Notes under the pieces: model-generated
The model's database searches: none
What the model saw: only the letters and a program-made list of their open reading frames with translations
What the model was told of the DNA's origin: nothing
Translations under genes and position numbers: made by a program
From: a virus
Taxonomy: Duplodnaviria; Caudoviricetes
IMG/VR virus record: IMGVR_UViG_3300025706_000021
Location: 1 to 64,000 of that record
Length of the DNA: 64,000 nt
Reading direction: 5' to 3' (one strand)
Shown here: in pieces, positions 57,002-64,000 of the stretch
Position numbering within the stretch: the stretch's first letter is position 1
Layout: each line of letters opens with the position of its first letter

Positions 57002-57373
57002 CTATTTCACCTCCAGTTTGGGAACCCACTCCCAGGACTCGCGGGCAGCGGCGAGATACAGCGCATGCTTAACGCAATCATCCACCGCCATGTTGTGAAT
57101 GCTTCTCTCGACAGAGGCCACTGATTCTTGACGGCGCATGTTCGGCAGACAGTTGGCGGCGAACTCATGCAGCAGCGCCGCATCCCGCTTCTGGTCGCGC
57201 TTGGCGAGGTCGGCGTTCATTTCTGTTTTTACATACTCAGCAACCAATTTAAGCTCTTCGTTCTTCGCCTCAATCGCCGCGAGCAGTTCGATGTTCTGCT
57301 GTTCAAGTTTCGAGATACGTTCTTCCATCCGGATCATTTGACTGGATTGTGGCGTAGCTTGCGATCTGGTCAT
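57002..57373 (-). CDS. Hypothetical protein
   Basis: 123 aa, ATGA coupling. Confidence 0.55.
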   Translation of the reverse strand: MTRSQATPQSSQMIRMEERISKLEQQNIELLAAIEAKNEELKLVAEYVKTEMNADLAKRDQKRDAALLHEFAANCLPNMRRQESVASVERSIHNMAVDDCVKHALYLAAARESWEWVPKLEVK

Positions 57374-57930
57374 TTCGTCTCCTTCATTAGTTCGCCTACA
57401 TTGAAGAAACCCTTTCGCTTACCAACGAAGAATGCACGCATCATCACGGATACGTCATAGTCAGCAGCGTGAGCCTTCTCGGTGTCGTACTCGACCCCAC
57501 AGGCAAAGCATAGTTCGCGCAGGTTGGGTAGCTTGCCAAGCGGTGTCGCCCATCGTCCTTGAAGCATGGTGTCGAACACCTTGACGTTGGGAACTGGCGC
57601 ACCAATACGCATTAGTTCGTGCGCAACGAAGGGCAAATCAAAACCCTCCCCATTGTGGGCGACGATTAGGTCGCACTTTCGCATTAGCGCGGATACCTTC
57701 GGCCCAACGGTTTCCCACAGGGGGCACCCAGCGACATCATCGAAGCTGATTCCATGCACTGCCTGTGCGCCAGGGTCAATGCTGCGCTGGGGATTGATGC
57801 GCTGCGTGAATTTGCCAAGCAGAAGCTCACTGTCGAGGTCGAACAGACTTGCCGCGACTTCGATAATTCGATGACCCTTCTCGTAGTCTAGGCCGGTTGT
57901 TTCTATATCCAGACCCGCAATTAAGGGCAT
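57370..57930 (-). CDS. DnaQ/DEDDh 3'-5' exonuclease (Pol III epsilon-like)
   Basis: LDIETTGL, VAHNGEGFD, AHAADYD. Confidence 0.9.
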   Translation of the reverse strand: MPLIAGLDIETTGLDYEKGHRIIEVAASLFDLDSELLLGKFTQRINPQRSIDPGAQAVHGISFDDVAGCPLWETVGPKVSALMRKCDLIVAHNGEGFDLPFVAHELMRIGAPVPNVKVFDTMLQGRWATPLGKLPNLRELCFACGVEYDTEKAHAADYDVSVMMRAFFVGKRKGFFNVGELMKETK

Positions 57931-58556
57931 GCTCTCTTCTCCAGTGATTTTCCGGGTTCAACGGGAAGTGTCACCGCGAGATCATGATCCCATCCAAGAT
58001 CGATACGACGCTGAAACGTTCCTCTTTTTACTTTCATTTCAATCTCCCAATCACGTACCGTTTTTGTTACACCGTCTATTGTTACAAGTACGTTTCGGCT
58101 GGTATTTCTTGACTGGTCAAACCTTGTTTTCCACTCGCAATTTCCAGGCTCGTAGTTTCCATCGTTCTGCTTTCTGTCGATTGTCGAGCCGACTGGGCGC
58201 TCACCCATATCTTCGAGAAATGCCTCAAAAGACCCCATCCAGCGCTCGCACACGGAGATACCCCTGCCGCCATAGTTTGCATACCCGACATGGTTTGGGT
58301 TATTGCAGCGTTGGATCATGCCTGCCCACATCTGATACATCGGGTGCTTCGCGAGTCCATGCTTTGTGTTGCGTCTTTTCAGCAGATCAGATGCAAGACA
58401 TCCGCATGACTTTGTGTTTCCAAATCGAACAAGCGCAGCTTTTCTGACAACTTCGGAGCCGCAATCACACCTAAATAGCCACATCCCAGCGCCTCGACTC
58501 TCAATCGCCGTTAGTCGAAAATATTTTTCGCCAGTAATCTCAAGCGCCTTGGGCAT
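57921..58556 (-). mobile_element. Free-standing HNH-type homing endonuclease
   Basis: TKSCGC, YANYGGRGISVCERW, IDRKQNDGNYEPGNCEW. Confidence 0.85.
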
Positions 58557-58584
58557 ATTGACCTCGATATTTTGTAGATGCCAT

Positions 58585-58613
58585 ATAATACTAAGTCAGT
58601 TGTGACTTGTCAA
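58585..58613 (-). promoter_or_regulatory. Sigma70 promoter with palindromic operator in the spacer
   Basis: TTGACA-AGTCACAACTGACTTAG (17 bp)-TATTAT on minus. Confidence 0.75.
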
Positions 58614-59355
58614 GACCACAGGCGATCATTATGTTCCTCGATTTTTGTGATTAGGCCGAACGCGCGGTGATAGCAAGAAGAGCGTTCATCGTAGATGAAT
58701 TCCTTCACAGTAAGAGTGAAGTCGCCCATCCACTTACCCCTGACCCATCCGCAATCTTTGTGGCAGATCCACAGACCACCCTTGAGCCATCGGTAAAGCC
58801 AAAACTTACGCATTTCGGATCATCGCGACAGTGACAGCCAGCAAGCAAAACACCGTTCCCACGGATAACGCGATTACGAAAATGGTTTCTATGGAGTCCA
58901 GAATGACCCTCTTCGTTGTTTTGCTGACTCGCATGAATTTGAACCAGAGATACGGCATCGAGCAGCACAGAAACAAGATGATCCAGGTCATTTGCTTTCC
59001 TCGGTTGTTTCGAGCGCCATCAGCAAGTTTTCATCTTGCGTCTGATGCGCGTCGCAGGAAGGGCGACATTCCCAAAGCCCAGGAACGCCCTTCTCATTCA
59101 CGCGGGTAAGGTAGCCACCAATTTCTTGCGCACCCTTCCCGCAGAGTCTACAGACGGTTATGTCGCTCATGTCTTGCTTCCGAAAACCTGCTTTTGACGC
59201 TCGTCCGCAATCTCTTTCGTGAAATCACGGGCGAACTCGGTCGGGGCGACGATGGTTTGGAACGCACCGCGAATCGCTCGCTTCATTCGCCAGTACAGGG
59301 TCATCGGGAACAGCGTGCGCTTCATATCGAGAAGCGCCTTTTCGAAGATATTCAT
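58610..59355 (-). CDS. Four small coupled hypothetical ORFs (58610-58813, 58806-58991, 58988-59170, 59167-59355)
   Basis: ORF track; overlapping start/stop codons; one membrane-like and one CxxC protein. Confidence 0.5.
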
Positions 59356-59419
59356 TGATTACCTCGGAGTGTGAATAACAGGAAGGGCACGGCCAACACT
59401 CGGGCGTGCCCGTGCTGGA

Positions 59420-59806
59420 TTAGCTCAGCTTGGCGTTCGGCAGAACATTCCCGAGAGCGTTCACGAAGACGCGATTAACGTCACGCGAAACGGTATCGCG
59501 AATGGCTTCGAGCAGCAGATCAGCACTGACGCCCTTCATTGCCGCGATCCCAAGGGCGGCGACAACGACGCCAGCGGTTTCTTCGGCGACCTCAAGGGTG
59601 TCACCGTTTTGAACGACGGATGCCGACAGGTCGCCGACAGCAGTCACCAGCTTGGGAACGGTCGAACCTGGCGTTGCTTTTTCGATGCTCGCCAGCTTGC
59701 CGGAAACCGTCAGCAGGTCAGCAAAGGTACTGATCGGATCGACGGTCACGTTCGTATTTGCAGAGATACGGATCTTCGGTGCGTGTTGCGTGGGAATGGT
59801 AAACAT
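59420..59806 (-). CDS. Hypothetical protein
   Basis: 128 aa, AAGGAGA RBS; helical MazG-like appearance (not confirmed). Confidence 0.55.
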   Translation of the reverse strand: MFTIPTQHAPKIRISANTNVTVDPISTFADLLTVSGKLASIEKATPGSTVPKLVTAVGDLSASVVQNGDTLEVAEETAGVVVAALGIAAMKGVSADLLLEAIRDTVSRDVNRVFVNALGNVLPNAKLS

Positions 59807-59863
59807 GATTCTCCTTCGTTGGTTAGTTGGTACTGCTATTGAAACCCGGTTGCGTTGGAATGG

Positions 59864-60163
59864 TTACAGCGGCTTGAGTATTACAACGGGCTTGCGCGCC
59901 TTGCCGCGACCGCGCTTCACCTTGCTGTTCGCGAGAATGTTGCGAATAACATCGGCGTTGTCGGCGATGAACTTGCCAATATCGGCGTCGTCGAGAACCA
60001 GCCCACTCGATCCCGCATCTTCATTGACGAAGAAGACGCTCATGTCCAGTTCTACCTCCTTGAACGCCTGTTCGATTTTCAGGTTTTCTTCGTGCTTGGC
60101 GAAAAGCTCGAAAGATTCGTGAAGCGTACCGTCACTGGCCTTGTGCATTTGAACGATTGCCAT
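59864..60163 (-). CDS. Hypothetical protein
   Basis: 99 aa, GGGAGA RBS. Confidence 0.6.
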   Translation of the reverse strand: MAIVQMHKASDGTLHESFELFAKHEENLKIEQAFKEVELDMSVFFVNEDAGSSGLVLDDADIGKFIADNADVIRNILANSKVKRGRGKARKPVVILKPL

Positions 60164-60192
60164 TTGTTTCTCCCGTATGGTTGTTGGTTCTG

Positions 60193-60862
60193 TTATTGAA
60201 ACTCGGTTGCGTCGGCGTTCTTACGCAGCAGGTAAGCGTCCGAAACGCTCTTCGCGATCTTTCTGCCGAAGTGCGGGTGGCGCTCATTGAAAGCGTTCTT
60301 GACAACCACCCCTCGCGGATATGTGCCTTGCCGCTCTTCGGCGTCAGCGTGGTCGTTCCGTTGGTGTGGAACATCACATGCTTCTTGTCGTATGGGCCGC
60401 GATACAGCACTGGTACGGTCTTGACACCCAAGCGAGAGCAAGTCTCGGCAAAGACATCCCAAGTGGAATGATACCGAGGAACCCAGCAACACCATCGCCC
60501 TCCGCTACTGGTTCGGCCTCTTCCTGCTCCACGTTCTCGACAGCCCACATGCCATCTTCGCAGACCAGCGGATAAACCAAGCCCTGACTGACCACCCCAC
60601 GCAGCTTGATCGCCTTGACGCGGTTGCCAGCAGCACCAGCAAGGCCGCCCTTCTGGCGTTCCTCGTCGTACATGCCCATTTCGCGCAGCATCCATTCGGG
60701 AACAATCGCCTGCTCGGGAATGTAGACAGCGAGATCGCCGTCCTTGAACTGCCCCTTGCGAACGATTGATTGATAATCGCCGACACGGGCAATTTCGATT
60801 GCATCGGCGTTCGGGTGCGGCTCGATTTTTACTCGAACAACTTCACATGAAAATTCGCTCAT
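60193..60862 (-). pseudogene. RNA ligase, DRB0094/Rnl5 family, with out-of-frame internal deletion
   Basis: N-terminus IEPHPNADAIEIARV...RVKAIKLRGVVSQGL in one frame; C-terminus VPVLYRG...IREGVVVK...K in another; motif I KxxG absent. Confidence 0.8.
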
Positions 60863-60904
60863 ATTCTTCCTCCGGTTAGTCACAACTGAATAAATTTTAC
60901 CGTC

Positions 60905-61074
60905 TCAGAGTAGGCGCGCACTGTCGCCTCGTGTTAGTTTCTCCGTTACCGGCTCCCTTATGAGCATCCCGCCGGGCCGAGGTCTTCGCAAAGACCGGCA
61001 TCACGTACCCCTTTAGGGAGCATGTGACCGACCCCGCACGGGCCTCGCCAGACAGAGCCTCATAAGCTCTCTGA
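60905..61074 (-). ncRNA. Candidate structured ncRNA downstream of the tRNA cluster
   Basis: Nested complementarity TCAGAG/CTCTGA, CTTATGAG/CTCATAAG and GGTCTT/AAGACC; no ORF. Confidence 0.4.
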
Positions 61075-61079
61075 AACTT

Positions 61080-61155
61080 TGGAGCGGGTAGTCGGCTTCG
61101 AACCGACGACCTTTGGTTTGGAAAACCCCTGCTCTACCAACTGAGCTATACCCGC
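61080..61155 (-). tRNA. tRNA-Gly(UCC) with weakened anticodon stem
   Basis: GCGGGTA/TACCCGC acceptor, U73, encoded CCA, loop TT-TCC-AA, TTCGA T-loop. Confidence 0.85.
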
Positions 61156-61168
61156 TTACTGCAAATTC

Positions 61169-61245
61169 TGGTCTGTCCGGTAGGATTTGAACCTACGACC
61201 CTCCGCTCCCAAAGCGGATGCTCTACCAGGCTGAGCTACGAACAG
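61169..61245 (-). tRNA. tRNA-Pro(UGG)
   Basis: TCCGC-TTTGGGA-GCGGA anticodon arm; CCA encoded. Confidence 0.93.
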
Positions 61246-61249
61246 ATTG

Positions 61250-61323
61250 TGGTGCCCTCACTTGGAATCGAACCAAGACCTGTCGCTTACAAGGCGACTA
61301 CACGACCTTCATGCTACAAGGGC
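61250..61323 (-). tRNA. tRNA-Thr(UGU)
   Basis: GTCGC-CTTGTAA-GCGAC anticodon arm; CCA encoded. Confidence 0.9.
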
Positions 61324-61384
61324 ATTCACTGCTGACTTAATATAGTACCCAAATCAGCTTGGAATGGTCAATCTTTACCGACCA

Positions 61385-61648
61385 TTACTTTCCTTCCCAC
61401 AGACTTTCGATTTCGAGCTTCTTTGCCTCAGACTCTTCAACCTCTAAGACAACCACCTCCCAATTCTTGCATTCGGCAGGCAGCGGATACGTGGTGTCAT
61501 AGCGCAGAAGGTTCAGATGCAGCTTGACATGGCCGATGTTCGGCCAGGTATGGCCCTGCTTGCTCCAGCGACCAGGAAGGCCACCACCGCGCATGCGAAA
61601 AAGACCAGTGATCTTGTGGCGGATTTTGAAAATCTCAGTCTTCGCCAT
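61385..61648 (-). CDS. Hypothetical protein
   Basis: 87 aa, GGAG RBS. Confidence 0.6.
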   Translation of the reverse strand: MAKTEIFKIRHKITGLFRMRGGGLPGRWSKQGHTWPNIGHVKLHLNLLRYDTTYPLPAECKNWEVVVLEVEESEAKKLEIESLWEGK

Positions 61649-61649
61649 T

Positions 61650-61994
61650 TCAGCACTCCTTCCCTGCGCCCTCGATGTTAATCAATGGCTTGATGTGGTG
61701 CAGGACATCAACCAGTTCGGCTTGCATGTCCATCACTTCAAAAATGTTCTTGTAGGCGAACGGGGATTCATCCAGAGTGCTACCGCCAAAGACCCAATCC
61801 ATGTGGAGGTCGCGACGAAGACTTGCCTCATTAACGCAAATGCGGATGGTCTGACCGTGCCCCAAGTCACTTCCGAACAGCGTCTTGTCTCCGCCGCTTA
61901 CCACGCTCATGGTGATATTCCCGTAGGCGGGATGGGTGTGAATCTCACCGCGATCAGCGGTTTCCTCAACAACCGGCTCGATTTCCGCTCTCAT
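61650..61994 (-). pseudogene. Chimeric ORF: phage hypothetical N-terminus fused to the RtcB C-terminal tail
   Basis: HPAYG...LFGSD...RDLHMDWVFGG then STLDESPFAYKNIFEVMDMQAELVDVLHHIKPLINIEG, matching the RtcB terminal motif DExPxAYK. Confidence 0.7.
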
Positions 61995-62001
61995 GACTTC
62001 C

Positions 62002-62445
62002 CTAGATGGTTTTTGCGTCTGCGCCAGCAAAACGAGCAAGCACATCGAACAACTGTGCGGTGCCAAGTTCGCGCAGAAAGACTTCGCGTTCGCGGCCAGC
62101 GTCATAGACAACGACCGTGCTTGGGATCGCCAGCAAAACACGCCCGATTTCGGACATCAGATCGCGGCGCATATCCCACAATTGCTGACGCGACTGAAAC
62201 AGACCGTTGTCCTCGTACAGCGTGGTTACACTGTCATCCTGACTCCCTTGAGCGTACTCAAGAACCTTTCCGGGATGCGCGTCGTTGCGATACAGACAAA
62301 TGTTGCCCACCTCGTTATCGCGAATCCAGAAGCCTTCTTGTTGCTCGTTCGGGATTTCGACCAGAACGCGCAACATTGCGTCGGTGACGGCGATGTCGTT
62401 GATCGGATTGATGGTGCGGTACTTGTGCAGAACTGAATTGCTCAT
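62002..62445 (-). CDS. Hypothetical protein
   Basis: 147 aa. Confidence 0.6.
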   Translation of the reverse strand: MSNSVLHKYRTINPINDIAVTDAMLRVLVEIPNEQQEGFWIRDNEVGNICLYRNDAHPGKVLEYAQGSQDDSVTTLYEDNGLFQSRQQLWDMRRDLMSEIGRVLLAIPSTVVVYDAGREREVFLRELGTAQLFDVLARFAGADAKTI

Positions 62446-62458
62446 GTGTGACTGACTC

Positions 62459-62890
62459 CTATATTTCGTTGAAACCCTTAGCGATAAGGTTATCGCACAG
62501 GGTTTGGAACTTGGTTTTGGCTAATGCGATACACCCAGGCTCTTCGCGCATGTCGTGCATCTTTTCGGACTTGTGAAGACCATCGTGCATGGAAAGCTCC
62601 ACACGAACCCTGCCGTCGTGGTAGTTGGTCACTTTCGCGATGTCGCCCTTTTCGTTCCGATAGAACTCACGGGTATAAAACGAGCCATCTTTTCTTGCAT
62701 CTTGGGCGACTTCCATCATGATCGTGAAGTCAGACCCAGCAATACCAGCACAGGATGCCCACAGAACCGTCAGGGCGTAGCTGTACTGCGCTTCCGTGAT
62801 CTTCCCGAGGTGTCGGTCGGTCGCGATCATTTCAAGCGCTTCTAGCGCTTTCCGATCAACTTCCTGCTGTAGTGTCGGAACTTCACTCAT
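62459..62890 (-). CDS. Hypothetical protein
   Basis: 143 aa, ATGA coupling. Confidence 0.6.
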   Translation of the reverse strand: MSEVPTLQQEVDRKALEALEMIATDRHLGKITEAQYSYALTVLWASCAGIAGSDFTIMMEVAQDARKDGSFYTREFYRNEKGDIAKVTNYHDGRVRVELSMHDGLHKSEKMHDMREEPGCIALAKTKFQTLCDNLIAKGFNEI

Positions 62891-63244
62891 AGTAATTCCT
62901 CCGGGATTTCAACCTCGTCACCCAGCTTGCTGGCGACGTAGCAGCGCATGGCCGCGACGAGTGGTGTAGGACTTGGATAATATTTAGCGCCATATTGTCC
63001 GTACGTAGTTGCCAACCATTCTCCCGTATCGCAGTTTTGCACCACGCTGATCTTCTCCCGTTCGATGATCGGGCCACCTTGCGACCAGGCGGTTGATGGC
63101 TCATATTCCGCCTTGCTAGTAAGGCAAGCAGGGAACACCCGCCCCCGTTGAAACCCCACGTGCAAGATAAACCAAAAAATCCTGGCATTGTGCCACCGCC
63201 CAATTAAGAGCACCGCCCGTCAGTTCGCTGGTTTTCATTTTCAT
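62887..63244 (-). pseudogene. DUF2591/NinX-like gene split by a frameshift
   Basis: MKTSELTGGALNWAVA in one frame; PSTAWSQGGPIIERE...PTPLVAAMRCYVASKLG in the next frame. Confidence 0.7.
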
Positions 63245-63618
63245 GATGCCGTCACCCTTCTTTCTCGAAGTTCGAATAGTCCTTTGTGTTCCCGATGCTT
63301 TGCGATAAAGGCACGGGCATACCATGCGGTGAAATTGTTATTCAGCTTCAAATCCCGCTTCAACGGTACGCAGTATCCCGCCCCTACTGTGGAAACAGCT
63401 ATTTCCCACCGAATGCGCTCGAAAATAAACTTCGATCCGATCTTGGTCATGCCCGCATCTATCGCCTCAAACGTGAAGCGCTCGAACAGGTCATAGACCT
63501 GCGGGTTTGCCTTATGAAAGGCGATGAACCTGTCTCGGATCGAAAGTTTCGGCACAGTTACCTCAGTGAAAGACGATTGGCGTACCCGCTTCTTTCGCCG
63601 CCGTAATACGCATGACAT
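63241..63618 (-). CDS. Hypothetical phage protein
   Basis: FHKANPQVY, IFERIRWE, KLNNNFTAWYAR motifs. Confidence 0.65.
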   Translation of the reverse strand: MSCVLRRRKKRVRQSSFTEVTVPKLSIRDRFIAFHKANPQVYDLFERFTFEAIDAGMTKIGSKFIFERIRWEIAVSTVGAGYCVPLKRDLKLNNNFTAWYARAFIAKHREHKGLFELRERRVTAS

Positions 63619-64000
63619 GGCGCTCGACAGTACGATCTAGCGCGTGATTCACGCTGCGTACCCTCTTTTCCAGATCCAACGTACTGCGTGGGATGAAATA
63701 GTGCGTTGCTTGAATGGTCTCTGACGCAACGAGGCCCATCACCAACTGTGCAATATGCTCGATGTAGCCTGGAGACAACGAAGCCTTACCGTCTTCCGGC
63801 ACGACATTGATTCCCGGCTGCACGATCACCAGAATCGCGAACACCTCATTCGTCAGCGCGATGCAGTCCTTGACGTACTTTGCGAGTCGCAATTCAAGGT
63901 CGGGCGTCAGGTTGTTTTGGCGAACCTCGGCAAGCGTGTAAGCAAGCATGTCGATAGGGGTACGATCAGCGATGAACTTCTGACCACCAAGCGAACGGTA
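63563..64000 (-). CDS. P-loop nucleotide kinase / AAA_28-like protein (5' end outside window)
   Basis: Frame extends to the edge: ...QKFIADRTPIDMLAYT; DRTP resembles the NMP-kinase-like DR motif. Confidence 0.55.
   Translation of the reverse strand, partial: YRSLGGQKFIADRTPIDMLAYTLAEVRQNNLTPDLELRLAKYVKDCIALTNEVFAILVIVQPGINVVPEDGKASLSPGYIEHIAQLVMGLVASETIQATHYFIPRSTLDLEKRVRSVNHALDRTVERHVMRITAAKEAGTPIVFH

Noticed and set aside
1-64000. Integrated prophage boundaries (integrase, att sites, host genes)
   Set aside because: None seen. The tRNAs sit among phage genes with intact 5' and 3' ends and no duplicated att core, so they appear phage-encoded.

Overview
64 kb of a tailed dsDNA phage genome with a lambda/T1-type long non-contractile tail; no host chromosomal genes or integrase are visible. 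1-37.7 kb (minus strand) is the late region: holin, accessory virion proteins, tail fibre, tail tip J/I/K/L/M, tape measure, frameshifted chaperones, major tail, neck, capsid, scaffold, portal, terminase, then GNAT-like, ABC-type ATPase, thioredoxin, GIY-YIG and two ParB-like genes. 37.8-41.1 kb (plus strand) holds an SF2 helicase and small genes. 41.5-64 kb (minus strand) holds early/accessory genes (T7 gp0.7-like kinase, DnaQ-like exonuclease, HNH), three tRNAs and repeat-rich non-coding DNA. The gene order recalls SSU5/pHCM2-like phage-plasmids (from memory, not a search). The strongest candidate for an undescribed system is a radical SAM/SPASM enzyme in the tail-fibre operon next to a fibre-coupled protein with a 15-Cys, Asn-Cys-rich C-terminus, suggesting RiPP-like crosslinking of a virion protein. 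Other highlights: a Hint domain in tail tip protein J, two RNA ligases (DRB0094/Rnl5-type and RtcB) broken by deletion around the tRNA cluster, a shared C-terminal [GA][ST]W motif on five proteins, two families of dispersed palindromic operators, hairpin-enclosed -10 elements and a candidate structured ncRNA. Family names come from motif recognition only.
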